Assembly: GCA_965235115.1 (NCBI GenBank)
Contig: OZ249436.1
Span: 48,052,001-48,116,000 of the forward strand
Length of the DNA: 64,000 nt
Source: Laetmonice hystrix
Lineage: Eukaryota
Direction of reading: 5' to 3'
In this document: positions 10,379-24,212 of the stretch, one piece after another
How positions within the stretch are numbered: position 1 is the first letter of the stretch
Layout: the number at the start of each line of letters is the position of its first letter
Made by a program: the position numbers and the translations under genes
The notes under the pieces: generated by a model
Told to the model about the DNA's origin: nothing
Database searches by the model: none
The model's input: only the letters and a program-made list of their open reading frames with translations

Positions 10379-13300
10379 ACAGCCTCAGCCATGCGGGAAG
10401 ATCACAACCAGAAATGCATTACATAGAGATACGGCGTCAGAGTGCAGTATATCCTCAATTTACCATGGACTGGGTAGGTTGCAGCTAGCTTTTGTTAACC
10501 TATATTAAAGGTTCTCAGCAATTCTCGGACCTTTGGCCTGGACGAATTATGGTCTTTCTAGTACCATAAATATGTATGGGAACTACACTGCCAGCAAATG
10601 TGCCATGCGGTTTTTTTTGCTTCACTTTAAATGTGAGTGAGCCAGAGACTATATGTTGAGATAACTAGTCTGCTAGATCGAGATTAAGTCAACATACAGT
10701 TCTACCATTCAGTTCTACTGTGGTAGATACAGATACAGAAAGAACGATGACGCCATTGCAGTTGTAAGTTAACCCCCCCCCCCCCCCCCCCCCCCCAGTC
10801 GGCTCTACGCTCGACAGATGGCAGATCATGTCTCGGCCGTAATCGTCAGGTCGCCATTTTTGAAAGTAGTCACACAAGCAAAACAAACCCATGTGCTTTC
10901 CACAGCTCCCATCTTGGCCTTTGTCGCTATAAAAAAATTCTAGTGGGTGTTTACGGAAGGAATCTGCCGACGGTGACCAGAGTTATGTGAAATAACGTCC
11001 TCCTTCGTATCTCGCCTATAACTTTTTATACACTGCCTCACCAGTTTCCGAGCGCTTAGCGCCAGCAGTAGCAGTAGCACTGTGCGCGGCCCGTGTCGGC
11101 TGTGACTGAGTCAGTGAGTGTTGAATGTGTGTTGTGTTGAGACGAATGGAGGCATAAGCCATTTCCGAGTTGAGTATGTTTCTCTTTGTTTTGGCTGCCG
11201 CGACTTTCCCTTGGTTATCGGACAGTTTTCAAGTGCATAATGCAAACACTCCTCAACGGCTGACATTACGCTGTAGGGATTACTTGGTCAGCGCGCATTG
11301 TGCCCCATGCCTGCTTACTCAGTAATCATTCGCGCCGCATCACAAATTCCTACAAATCTGCCCATTACGCCCGAGGTGAAAATCCGAACCCAACTGGCGG
11401 ACTTTCCCGAGGGTTCCGGAATGGTTAACCCCCCTTAACATGGCGACAGACCGCACAGCAAAGATGAAACAGTTCAACAAATCTGGATATCAGAGTTACA
11501 GCTTGCTCGCTGCGTTCACGCTGAACAGACGACAAATGGGGGGACGGTTGTGAGGCGAAGTGGTTTGGCGTTAGATTGGAGAAGAATCAGCATGGTACAG
11601 ATTAGTTTGACTCCTTTCAGCACCACTTTTTTCATGTCCCCTGGAATTGGGACATCAAAGGTATCTCTGTTTCTATCTCAATTACTGTACAAGATATCAA
11701 CAACTCTTGTCATTCATTCTTTTATGGTTTTGTTTATTTATTCTGTCACAGGTTAATGCCGATTGCTGCCTTACTGCTCGGTATGTAACCGGGGTTACCC
11801 AAGGGTCCAAGGACCTCTCCCTGCCTCCGGTCGCGTGACGTCACAAATAGATAAAATATACAGCAATCCCGCAGAAAAAAAGGATATATACCTATCAGTT
11901 GAAATGACCCTAAGACAACTGTATGCATATATCTGTAGGACTGCTGTGAAGAATTATTCATATTGAGAGAGAAGGCAGCGTAGGAAGTTGGGGAAATCAA
12001 AGCAAAGATATGCTTTAAACGTGACGGGGTTGCAGCTTGGCCATGATTATTGCCACGGTCGTCTACAGTGCAGGTGCCTCTACATATTGCCTCCAAACAA
12101 GCATGGAAATATGGCCCCTGTCGACGGCTTTGTGTCTGCCCTCGTGACCGGACATATCGAGCCTGTGGCGCCACCCGGTGGTGGTTAGGTGTATTTTCAC
12201 GCCCATGATATTCACGTTTGTGACGTCACCGCGGTAGGCGACAGCCGACGCCTGTTCCGACCCACCAACCGACCATCCGGTCGTCAGGCCGTCTGCGCAG
12301 TCACCTGCTTGCTGGATGCTTGCCTGCATATCCTCATACGACGGGCCCATACTCCACCAGTAAAACAACATTGGTTAATTTTATATAACCTTATTTCCTG
12401 GGCCATTTTGCGTTCCAAAGGCCCTGGTTTTGTAATCCTTAATTTAAAAAAAAATCGATGAATTTTGATAGCTTTGGTTATAATACGGGGTTAAAGGCTC
12501 TGTGGAGTCGGAATTATCGCAATCCCAGTACACAAACCTTCCAGAATTGGCAATCTAAGTCATTTTTATATGCGTATAATTTCGTGGAGTACTACTAACA
12601 TGTGAATGAGGTGACGCCGCCCTGATTGCGATATATGAGGTGTTTTATTTGCAGTGGCTCACTATAAAGGATCATGGCCGCCGCTCCAGCATCAAGATAG
12701 ACGTGTGGTACGTGAATGACCATCTAGTATAGTCTCTCTGCTTCTGTTGGGTCAAATACTGCAGATTCCAACAGAGGGTACAAAACGTGTTCTAAGACTT
12801 CAATCAGCACTGGGCCTGACGTGCTGTTTTCAGCATTATACAGCGCAGCGGGGGTGAGAGGCAGGCGCGACGGCAAGCCTTTTGTTCAGTTCCTTCCTTC
12901 CGCTACAGTTCTGTGAAGGTCTTGAGTTATTATAGAGGTTTCGGAACACGTTTTGTACCGTGTACGTGAGGCAAGGTCACGACCTGACCACCCGTACAGG
13001 TTCCGGTGCGTTCTGGCCGTGGTACCACAGAGGCTGCGGCTCCTCAGTGAGCCAGTGATAACTAACTGATTGAGGTGATGAATGTATCATTAACGCCATC
13101 TTGGAAACATCATCATCAGAGAGAAAACAAGATTTAAATCTCTCCGCTTAAGGTCGGATAAAAGGGCGTAATCAACCACGGCTTCTACTTGCAGCAGGGA
13201 ATGGGGTACAAAAACAAATCATTTGTACAGCTATCTCTCCTTGCCTGTCGCTTCAGCTCTGTTCCTGGTTCCTGGAATCATGCGTTTTCTCAGCTTGCTA

Positions 13301-13622
13301 ATTCAAAAACATCCAGTTCCAAGGCAGACAATTCAATTTTCTTTGTGAATAGATGAAACTTTATCATACCTCCATAAGGAGACGTTAAGGATTTTATAAA
13401 AGTTATAGATCATAGTACTACATATAGTGATACTACTTATTCCCGCTAATGCTTTATGTGATACACTTTTGAATAGCAATCATTCTTAAATAGTTCTCGT
13501 ACATAAATATGAATGGTTCATTCTGATTCTCTCTGCAGAAACTCTGTCCTAACATATGAGCCACTAGACACGGTATTCACGTTCCTCATATTTTTTACGT
13601 GGCCTTTCACTATGTATAATGC

Positions 13623-13792
13623 CAGTGGCGGATCCAGTGGGGGGGGGGGGCCCAGCTGACTCCAGATTTTTTTCCACGGGGATTAAATACTCTCTGTATT
13701 CCAATCCCTCCCAGGGTTCACCGCGCCGGTCTCACATGTATCTAGCCCCCCCCCCCCCCCCCCCCAGTTGCAAAATCCTGGATCCGCCCCTG
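13623..13792. mobile_element. CAG..CTG MITE with 5-bp TSD (AATGC)
   Basis: cagtggcggatccag ... ctggatccgcccctg; AATGC on both sides. Confidence 0.88.
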
Positions 13793-14839
13793 AATGCCTT
13801 TCAATATGTGCGGGTCTTTTTCATTTCAAGCGCTTACAAATCTTCCGAGGCCAAAAGAATTGTAGCTGGCTCTGTCAAAGAGAATATCACTGCTTTCTAC
13901 TCATATAGCAAAGGTCAATATGATAAACTTTCACTGCCATAAAGTTTGTAAATGATGAAGTCAGCATAAATCTGGCGAGTGCAGTCGATTGCTCTCATAC
14001 TGTAAATCATTTAACGAGCACCGTATGGTTTTTATTGGTGGCGAAATTACCAGGATTGATCCAATCACATTTTCTTATTTCCCCCTGAAATATTGTTATC
14101 AATTACACTCACTAATTTCGTATAATTTCATATAAGTTACAGACATACGAAGATAATATAACAGATTACAATAAAAAATTTAATAACTCCATACAGCTAT
14201 CTAAGTCCCAGACTAGGCGTTTCTCCCTGGCTCCTTCTGGCTCTGGACGGCTCTTGAGACCGGCTACAACACGTTATGGAGGTTGTCAGTGTATTAAAGA
14301 TCATAGACTACAATGTGTAGGCAGGAAATGTTCATGTCCTCCACTGGGGATTATGATTTCAACCAGAGAGATTTCAGAGAGGGTCCATCGATAACGTACA
14401 TGGGTCATTTGGGAACCTGGACGTGGACTCATTCGTCGGTCCCTCCTGATCACCTTGATGCACGACATTAACGCATTCATACCCAGTTACTCGTGATTTA
14501 CTCCCTTTTAGAATACTTCCGGTGACTTCTGTTGAGGGCCCCTCACATCCGGTTGTGCCGTCGCTCAATGTGACCGGTGTCGGACGGATAATTACCGACA
14601 GAGAATCGGGGCAGAACTTTGGGCATGGCTCGGGGAGCACATGCTGGAGTTACCTGGACAAGTTTGTAACAAGATATTATTAGTGATCCCATGTCTGATT
14701 GTCACGTCATGGTGGTTGGGGCCTGAAAATGAGGCTGCCAAGTGCCCTGGTGACGTCAATCATATCGGGTATTCTATTGTCATAATATTTTGCACATGAT
14801 ATCATCTGGTTATTTGGGGTCTGTCAGAGAAATATGTCA

Positions 14840-15250
14840 AAACGTATAAAAAATAGTGCCATGTTAAAAACTGAATGTCTAAAATTGCAATGTCCGACCA
14901 GAGTAGTTAACGTGGTGCCGCACGTCTTAAGCCTATGACGCACTGGACAAAATCGGGGCCGATCACGTCCCGATTGCCAGAATTCGGGACGTGATCGGGT
15001 GCCTGCTAAGTGCTAGATGTCTTGCCGGCCTCCACCCTGACTAGTGGTTAATTTCATCAAACTTAGTTTCATTCTAATAAAATGTGTCACAAGACAGTCT
15101 AACCGCTCACCTGCGATTTGTTAGACATATGTCACGTCATTCAGACATAGTAGCACCAGCCCTGCCTAAGACGTGCGGTACGTTAACTGCCCTGGTCCAG
15201 CATTGCAATTTTTGACATGCGGTTTTTAAAATGGCCCGATTTTTAGACGT
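14840..15250. mobile_element. Degenerate MITE with about 90-bp inverted arms
   Basis: aaaattgcaatg..gacca.ag.agttaacgt..tgccgcacgtctta mirrored by taagacgtgcggtacgttaactgccctggtc..cattgcaatttt. Confidence 0.65.
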
Positions 15251-15348
15251 AGGTATACACCTACAATCGGTCGTATGTCGGCTCAGAGGATAGAGGGATT
15301 TGTGTTCCTATTAAAATTCTTGCGATAAGTTCACCCAACGGAAAAGAA

Positions 15349-15585
15349 AGTCATCTCCCCAGCTAGGCCTATACCTAATATTGTATATAAGTGGGCACCT
15401 TGAGGCTCGAGTCATCTCCCCAGCTAGGCCTATACCTATTGTATATAAGTGGGCACCTTGAGGCTCGAGTCATCTCCCCAGCTAGGCCTATACCTATTGT
15501 ATATAATTGGGCACCTTGAGGCACGAGTCATCTCCCCAGCTAGGCCTATACCTATTGTATATAAGTGGGTACCTTGAGGCTCGAG
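15349..15585. repeat. 58-bp tandem repeat, 4 copies
   Basis: gtcatctccccagctaggcctatacctattgtatataagtgggcaccttgaggctcga. Confidence 0.95.
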
Positions 15586-15719
15586 GGGTAAGACGGTGCC
15601 ACGAGAGAGGTTTAAAACTAAAAGTGTCCGCAATACCAAAAAAAAACCCACCTCGTATACAGATTTTTGACCCTTTTGCACAAAAAAGTGCCATGGATGC
15701 ACACTAATATTATGATGGG

Positions 15720-15812
15720 GCCAATGAGCCAATCATATCGCCCGTTTCAACACTTGGTGTCAATGAGCCAATCATATCGCCCGTTTCAACACTCGAGGCT
15801 AATGAGCTAGTC
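15720..15812. repeat. About 40-bp tandem repeat, about 2.3 copies
   Basis: caatgagccaatcatatcgcccgtttcaacact repeated. Confidence 0.85.
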
Positions 15813-16792
15813 ATGTACTTTGTGTAGATAGCAGCCTACATGTCTCAACGTTCTGCTATTTTTCAAAATGACGGATCCATTTTAACGCAATAATATTCTG
15901 GGTGAAGGAAAAGCGTCAACTCGGAGTGGGCAACATCAATTTGACGCTTTTCGTTGCTATCAGGTCGTGTCGGGTCTCCTTTTAACTATGCTCACCGCCT
16001 CACCAGCACAAGCCAGTAAAGTCGAAGCGGTAATGTGGACTGATCCAACTCTCATGGCCTCAAGTAGCAGCGAATTCAGTCCACACCATTCTGATCGCGA
16101 ACACGATCCCGACCCGGTCGTCCTGAGGTAGACTTAACACCAGGCTGTCACCGATACCTTCTCAGACGTGTGGAGATTAAACTTAAAAGGCTTCAGCAGG
16201 AGCGGCTTTTAACATTGCCGAGTCCAATCCCTCACCTCTCAACTCTTCAGGGACGATTCGGTAGTGATTGGGTAGGGTTCGGGCCCCCGTCGAAACGAGT
16301 TTTCTGGGGGTTCGGGACCCCAGGTAAATCCATGGGTTTTTTTTAAATGTTGGCAGCCATGAACTTCACACGCTATCGGGGGGCCGGGGGTCCACTCATT
16401 TATGGAATCATAATAGGCTAAAGTCCACACGCATTGGCATTCACATTCATGAAGTCGTTATTATAAAAGCATGAATGTTTTTACTATAGGTCCCCCCCCC
16501 CTCCACCCCCGGGGCCCGCTGCCATGGCTGGTCCTGCAGAGATAGATGGTCCAACGGAACGCAGCCTCAGTATCAGGTAATCACACGAGTAGATATGACC
16601 ACGCGCCATATGTACATGTACTGCCTGGAAGCACGGCCGACTGTCAAACTTCCACCCAGTGGCGTCAAGAGGGGGGGGGGCAGGGGGGGGGTGATCAGGT
16701 AACAGAAAATCTTAGCCAAAGTTCTGAACTTCACTCAACTCGCCAAGCTTGAAACTCCTCTTCCGCACCTGGTGGGGGTATATACGTCCTAT

Positions 16793-16851
16793 TTCTTCCT
16801 CCTTCTCCTTCTCCTCCTCCTCCTCCTCCTCCTCCTCCTCCTCCTCCTCCT
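16793..16851. repeat. (TCC)n microsatellite
   Basis: Direct read. Confidence 0.95.
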
Positions 16852-16892
16852 TGGTCCACCGCTGCATATGTTCGAGACCGCTGACGTCGAGT

Positions 16893-17104
16893 CCCTGAAT
16901 AAGCATCCATCCTGCAGGTCATTTTGCTCTATACTACACCCGAGTTCCTGAATATGTCCATACTGCAGGTCATTATGCTCTACTACACCCAAGTTCCTGA
17001 ATATGTCCATACTGCAGGTCATTTTGCTCTATACTACACCCGAGTTCCTGGATATGCATCCATCCTGCAGGTCATTATGCTCTATACTACACCCGAGTTC
17101 CTGA
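16893..17104. repeat. About 50-53-bp tandem repeat, 4 copies
   Basis: ctgcaggtcatt(t/a)tgctctatactacacccgagttcctgaatatgtccata repeated. Confidence 0.92.
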
Positions 17105-20100
17105 CAAAAAATACAGACGCGGTAATTCTACTGGGTTTAATACTGCGTGATTTTTTTAGATAAGCACAAAAACAGGCATTGCTGCGTGAAATAATTGACA
17201 TATACATGTAATAAGTCTCTGTAGGGACCATGAGAAGCAGAGAGTTATATTCTGGCACTAATCAAGCGAAGACGGCAGATGATATTTCTGTGGTTTCGTC
17301 GATCAAAATCAGGGAATGTTATTTTCCAACCACCCGGTAATTACAACAATCACCACTATAAATCCCAGACTTGAAGAACTGAAAGTTTGATTGTGAAGTC
17401 GAGCCCATAATACGCGTTGAAAAAAATCAAATCTAGAACGTTCGATATTGGGGACGTCGCGAGAGATAAATGACTCTATCCACAAACCCGTATTGTTGAT
17501 CCAACTGTCAAATTAATTTTCTCTGTGCATGGACTAGATGTCTGCAGCGGTGCCGCCAGTCACACCGGTTGTGTAAAAAGACCATGAAGGACAACAGAAG
17601 GAAGAAGATACAGATGAGACATACAAAAAGCTCGCCTCATTTCCTACAGTCTTGTTGCTATTGCAAGCCGAAACATAGTATATATGATATAACACGAGGG
17701 AGCTTGCTTACCTGGAATACCTTTTCGAAACGGCAGGATTTATAGAGTCATAACCGCACATATCTTATGCCTTCAAAGTGTACATGGCTTCCTGGCAACT
17801 ATTGAACTCAATAAATATATCTCATATTCCTCTTGATGGGAGAGCCACACAATTTTCATCACAGTTTGCAGTCGTGGTAAATTCTGTCATGGCGGCCCAT
17901 TGCTAAACCACGACTCTTACTGTTTCTGGTAGCGTGACTCAGATAGGAATAATCGGCCATGATGGAGGTAATCAAAGACCTGCATCTTATGTATTTCTCA
18001 GAATGGAATCCCCAAAAGCATTCGCGCGGATCACAGGAACGGCGAATTCGAGTGAATTTAAAAGGCATATTGGGAGAGTGCATCAGGTGTAGTCGAGTTT
18101 TTAAAATGTGAGCTCCCTCCTTGGGCTCGACTGCTCATGCGTGCGAGGACAACCAGAATAGACGGGGACTTCTACTTAGGTTCATTTTCCCCAGTGTACG
18201 GATAAGACAAATTCTAATTTGTCGTTTTCATAACCTGGTTTCCCGCATTGAAACATGATGAAAAAAATCATGAATCGGGATATTCATGAAAATGGTGAAT
18301 AAAGGACAGGTCTAGGGTCAGAGGCGTGTCTTATCTCTCACTGACTTCCTTTACATTTGTTACGGCCCAAAACGTCCGCGGACCTTTTGGGCCGCAGACC
18401 TTTTGGAAACACCGCGGCGACCCAAATCGTCCGCAGAGCCCAAAAGGTCTATTGGAAACACCGAGGTGACCCAACCTCGGTGTTCTCAAAAGTTACGAGG
18501 CCCAAAAGGTCCGCAGACGTTTACCAGCTTCAACCAAAGAATTATAGGAGAATCAGTCTGGAGTCTCTTTGTGCTCGTTCTTACCTTTGGAAACACAGTC
18601 CCTGAAGAATATCAGATGGTCTGGGGACTCGCGAAAGAAATCGACAATGTATACGAAGCCCGCCTGTTGTGTGCAGACATCTAGAGTTACGCCTGTCGAT
18701 GGCCATTAGTTACGCCCGACACCAATTACAGGAGAAGGAATAGGAGGAACGTTACTTGTAGGCGAGAGAGCCCGTGTGGCACCATTCAATTGTAAAATGA
18801 TTATGTATTGACGGCCTACATGTATGTATTCTATGGGCCCCGCGCTTACTTCCACTCCTGTACTTGCACCCTTGCCGCGACAGAATGACTCATTTGCAGC
18901 ATCGGTGTTGGGAAAGATGTACTTTGAAATACTTACCGGCCTATCTCCGGCAAGGCCCTGGACACCCACACAAATACCTGTCACCTATGAACCCCTATCC
19001 TGAGCCTAGCCCCCCCCCCTCCCCCAAAAAAGAAAAAATCCGACCCATCCCTTTAGAAATCCTAGCCACGGGCTTGGGGTGTAATGATGGTGTATTTATG
19101 AACCGTGTTTGTCCGTCTTCTTCCGTCTCCCGTACACCAAATGTGTTCAAAGGGACTGTCTCGAGCATCGTGGAGACTGCTTCCGGACCCCATGTGCCCC
19201 CCCCCCCCACCCCCCGGATCCGCCAGTGAGGTCCATCCATGATTATTATACCCCCTGCTATTATACTGGCGATTTACCGGCAGCAGGGTGGACTAATAGG
19301 CCCACACCAGGTGGCGGGTCGGTCGACGACCAAATCACCAAGTGTCTTTCCAAGGCGAGAGATGTCACGCCTTACTAAACTACGGTTTCAGGCTGACAAG
19401 CCAGCGAACCTAACTCAGGTGATATGGTATAATAAGACAGCAATTGGTTACCGAAGAATCGGCTGGTACTTCGCTTCTGACCAGAGCATTCGGTGATAAC
19501 ATAAACTGTGTGGTGAGTCAGCTATATCCAGAGTGGGAACAGGAAACGGTTACCCTTAATCAGGCGTGCGCACTACTTGATGGGACATTTGAGGACGTGA
19601 AGGAGACTCCCGAGGACAACCGCGGAGAATTCACAAAGAAAAGACTTAATGCGATCCTGTTGATGCAATCAGGACAAGGCCAAACGTACCGTAACTTTAA
19701 CTTTAACATGTTCCAGACCAGAATATTTGCTGGTCTCCTATAATCTAATGTCACAGTCTTCTTCGGTCCAGATTCGCTCGGCAATAACGGAACTAAGACG
19801 GACGTTCTCAGAGACTTAAACTACCTGAACTCATTTTGGCCGGGATCACGACAACTCAATTCAATCAATGTGTACTTACATATGGAGTTGGCCTCGTATC
19901 TTAGGTGAGTTTAGGATCCAATTATGGATAGGGGCTCCTGAAGAGCTATTCCTAGTTACCATTGCCTGGAAGTCACCTTCAAACATTTTCAAAATATTCA
20001 AGCAAGTTTTATGCACATGAAAGATATGTTTGCATACGGCCCATTACTATTAGCTGATGCACATGTATGTATAGGCGAGAAGTACAGGTAACCGGACCCG

Positions 20101-20468
20101 TATCTTACCCGCAGAGAATTACTTCCCAATCAGGTGTTTTAGAGTCGAGCACTGTTTGTTATGCAGTAGCATGCCGAATGGCACGGCCGTGAAATGAATG
20201 GATCCCTTGGAGACCGGCTAACGCTGCAGAAACCCACAATGGCTGAGTGAGAGAGTGTTGGTGGTCTGTCGGCAGCCAAGGCCATCTTCACGGCCAGATA
20301 TTTCCCTGTGGGGGAGCAAAAATAGTTCACCCATCAGAACAGTCATTAGCACAATGGCTTCTACAATTTTTTACAATTTTCTAAAGGATTTTAGGGAATG
20401 CGATGAAGGCGTTTGTCCTCTTTTCCAAATGCGAGTTGAGACGTCAAGGAGTATTCGGGAGGGAGATC

Positions 20469-22217
20469 TATTTGTCACCTTTAAGTTTTCCCGCCACCGC
20501 CAGAACAAGACGGGTGGTATTTGCCACCTTTAAGTTGACCCGTCACCGCCAGGACAAGACGGGTGGTATTTGCCACCTTTAAGTTGACCCGTCACCGCCA
20601 GGACAAGACGGGTGGTATTTGCCACCTTTAAGATGGACCCGTCACCGCCAGGACAAGACGGGTGGTATTTGTCACCTTTACGTTGACCCGTCACCGCCAG
20701 GACAAGACGGGTGGTATTTGTCACCTTTACGTTGACCCGTCACCGCCAGAACAAGACGGGTGGTATTTGCCACCTTTACGTTGACCCGTCACCGCCAGGA
20801 CAAGACGGGTGGTATTTGTCACCTTTACGTTGACCCGTCACCGCCAGAACAAGACGGGTGGTATTTGCCACCTTTACGTTGACCCGTCACCGCCAGAACA
20901 AGACGGGTGGTATTTGTCACCTTTACGTTGACCCGTCACCGCCAGGACAAGACGGTGGTATTTGCCACCTTTAAGTTGACCCGTCACCGCCAGGACAAGA
21001 CGGGTGGTATTTGCCACCTTTACGTTGACCCGTCACCGCCAGAACAAGACGGGTGGTATTTGCCATCTTTACGTTGACCCGTCACCGCCAGGACAAGACG
21101 GGTGGTATTTGCCACCTTTACGTTGACCCGTCACCGCCAGGACAAGACGGGAGGTATTTGCCACCTTTAAGATGGACCCGTCACCGCCAGGACAAGACGG
21201 GTGGTATTTGCCACCTTTAAGTTGACCCGTCACCGTCAGGACAAGACGGGTGGTATTTGCCACCTTTAAGTTGACCCGTCACCGCCAGGACAAGACGGGT
21301 GGTATTTGCCACCTTTACGTTGACCCGTCACCGCCAGGACAAGACGGGTGGTATTTGCCACCTTTACGTTGACCCGTCACCGCCAGGACAAGACGGGTGG
21401 TATTTGCCACCTTTACGTTGACCCGTCACCGCCAGGACAAGACGGGTGGTATTTGCCACCTTTAAGTTGACCCGTCACCGCCAGGACAAGGCGGGTGGTA
21501 TTTGCCACCTTTAAGATGGACCCGTCACCGCCAGGACAAGACGGGTGGTATTTGCCACCTTTAATTTGACCCGTCACCGCCAGGACAAGACGGGTGGTAT
21601 TTGCCACCTTTAAGTTGACCCGTCACCGCCAGAACAAGACGGGTGGTATTTGCCACCTTTACGTTGACCCGTCACCGCCAGAACAAGACGGGTGGTATTT
21701 GCCACCTTTACGTTGACCCGTCACCGCCAGGACAAGACGGGTGGTATTTGCCACCTTTAAGTTGACCCGTCACCGCCAGGACAAGACGGGAGGTATTTGC
21801 CACCTTTAAGTTGACCCGTCACCGCCAGGACAAGACTAGTGGTATTTGCCACCTTTACGTTGACCCGTCACCGCCAGGACAAGACGGGTGGTATTTGCCA
21901 CCTTTAAGTTGACCCGTCACCGCCAGGACAAGACGGGTGGTATTTGCCACCTTTAAGTTGACCCGTCACCGCCAGGACAAGACGGGTGGTATTTGCCACC
22001 TTTACGTTGACCCGTCACCGCCAGGACAAGACGGGTGGTATTTGCCACCTTTAAGTTGACCCGTCACCGCCAGGACAAGACGGGTGGTATTTGCCACCTT
22101 TAAGTTGACCCGTCACCGCCAGGACAAGACGGGTGGTATTTGCCACCTTTAAGTTGACCCGTCACCGCCAGGACAAGACGGGTGGTATTTGTCACCTTTA
22201 AGTTGACCCGTCACCGA
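20469..22217. repeat. 49-bp minisatellite, about 35 copies, highly homogeneous
   Basis: Unit ttgccaccttta(a/c)gttgacccgtcaccgccag(g/a)acaagacgggtggtat. Confidence 0.98.
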
Positions 22218-22469
22218 CAACTGAGGAAAAGGTTTAATTATTGTAATGGAAACTTGAGAACAGGAAGACAGTTTCCAGGATGAATACGATGTCTAGGTTT
22301 TCTGAAGACGATCGCCAAGATTATTAAAGAGCTCGTTCGTTCGTATCTTTAGCCTTCACAGAAATGATTCCTAAGGTTTTATTTACGCCATACTCTCTCA
22401 GCTCTTCCCGTCTCATTGCATGCCTGATGCTTTTTAACGCCTCATTATTATTATTTACGCCCTACTCTT

Positions 22470-23489
22470 GACCTCCGCCAACGAGGTTGAAAGGAGCTTA
22501 TGTCTGCCTGTTTGTTAGACGTGGCCATCCTTAACAGCTCCGCATAGAGAATTTATCAAATGAAACGGTTGGCTCGGTTTCAACGCCGATTTCAAACCTC
22601 TGAAATGCCCATGTTAATGTGCATAGATTTCGTCCAATCATCGTACAAGACATCGTCTATTCCGAAGGTAATTTTGACTGCGAGGGCCTTTTGTTGTAAA
22701 TTAAAGCGCCGTTTCAGTCCCTCTGGCGGCATTTTGACAGGAAGCCGGTTCCATTTGCACATGCGCAGTACAGAAAAACAACATGGCGGACAGGCGAGCA
22801 AGAATTTTTGCACAAGGGAGCGATAGCTCCGGCTGGTCGCCATGATGAAAAACTACCCGAACATTACCGAACGTGGTCGGAAGATCTATATTTAGATAGG
22901 GTTAGGGTTAGGGTAAGGGTTAGGGTTAGGGTTACTACCTGTACTCTTCGGGTATTTCCGTAAAAACTTAACTATTTTCATGATTCAATGTGATTTTCAT
23001 GATGGCGACCAGCCGGAGCTATCGCTCCCCTGTGCTTGACTTGCGAGCAAGGACCATAACTCGTCGATTCGATTACAAAACCAGCCGTCATATATTACGG
23101 AAGGAGCGCATCACTTCCTAAACTGTACGCATCACTCCAACTGGTGTTAAGAAAAGTAATCATGTATTCATAGAGATATGATCGGTGCCGTTTTTTTATT
23201 TGAAGGGATTTAAAAAATGCTCTATGAGGTCGCCAATGTCTCTAACACGACAGTGTACCTATAGGGGAGAATCAACGGCTACCTGTTGTCTGTCTGTTCG
23301 CATGATATCTAAAAAAGTAATGAACGGATTTTCATGAACCTCTCCGGAATGAATGAATGTCGTGTCGGGGAACAATTGGATTAGATTTTGGGGAAGATCC
23401 GTATGTTTTCTCAGATCAACATTGCGAGATAGGCCAAAATGAAGGACTGCTCAGCTTGGCGGAGGTATGCTACCTACCTCCCTTTAGTT
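22470..23489 (+). mobile_element. Helentron-type non-autonomous element (HINE/DINE-1-like) or its two ends, interrupted by other sequence
   Basis: Subterminal inverted repeats acctccgccaa (22471) and ttggcggaggt (23456); short TGTC/TGTT microsatellite remnants (about 22500, about 23285); internal 'gattagattttgggg..gatccg' motif; 3' end '...tttagtt'. Confidence 0.6.
22810..23035. mobile_element. MITE with about 42-bp near-perfect TIRs and an internal (TTAGGG)6-like tract
   Basis: gcaca.gggagcgatagctccggctggtcgccat.atgaaaa and its reverse complement at 22994-23035; tagggttagggttagggtaagggttagggttagggtta at 22897-22934. Confidence 0.88.
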
Positions 23490-24038
23490 TCTATGATCTG
23501 TTGTCGGTGATTTATGAACCACTAAGGATGTGATGTTGCCGCTTTGTCTCCGCGACACAATTAAATATCACTTACCTTCTAATCAATGAGACTATCAAAC
23601 AGCCACTAAATGAAGCAGTCGTTTGCAATCACTAGGTACAGTACAATAGTTGCAGCCAGGAACGCAAGTAGTGCTTATTGTCCCCCTCAGTCTAATGGCC
23701 TGGTATAATATTACTATAGAATATAATACACTCCTGCACAAAAACATAATTAATCGGCGGTTTAAGTGCCATTTTCTAAATTGCAGTCCAAAAGGCAGAC
23801 TTTGCTTGCAAATGCCATAATATTATATTACCATACCGGTAGTTAAGTGTATGAATAAGTATTCCATATAATGTTGTATTGAAAGTCATCAATTCTGGGG
23901 GCAGACTGTCATTTCACAGAGAATATCAAGTTGGTAAAGGTGAATATTAAACTCCATCCCGGAGATGGCAATACAGTATTGACAATACAGGAATAGACCA
24001 AACTAACCCTCTTTCTTTATAAAAGTGTACACATAATG

Positions 24039-24212
24039 CAGGCGCGGATCCAGAGGGGGGGGGGTCCAGGGGGTCCGGACCCCCCTGCTCGGGACCAACT
24101 TAGGTTTTTGTAATGTTATCGGGGAAGGGCCTCAGACCATTTCCCCATCCCCCCGGCAGCTAGCATCTTCTGCCCCCCCCCCCCCCTGCAAAAAATCCTG
24201 GATCCGCGCCTG
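24039..24212. mobile_element. CAG..CTG MITE with 5-bp TSD (TAATG)
   Basis: Perfect 15-bp TIR caggcgcggatccag / ctggatccgcgcctg; TAATG on both sides. Confidence 0.9.

Noticed and set aside
9826..10508. Three overlapping ORFs of about 200 aa
   Set aside because: Translations of the 19-bp minisatellite
11440..12200. Possible intron-containing transposon gene remnant
   Set aside because: Multiple stops, and no motif I can identify with confidence
16712..17022. Poly-E, poly-G and poly-R ORFs
   Set aside because: (TCC)n microsatellite
19444..19743. 'SGQGQTY' resembling a Pif1/Helitron helicase motif
   Set aside because: No other helicase motifs nearby; likely chance
20469..22217. CRISPR-like array (palindromic repeats)
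   Set aside because: No unique spacers, no cas genes and a eukaryotic context; the same applies to the arrays at 7.4, 46 and 52 kb
22897..22934. True telomere or chromosome fusion site
   Set aside because: Only about 6 units, enclosed by MITE TIRs
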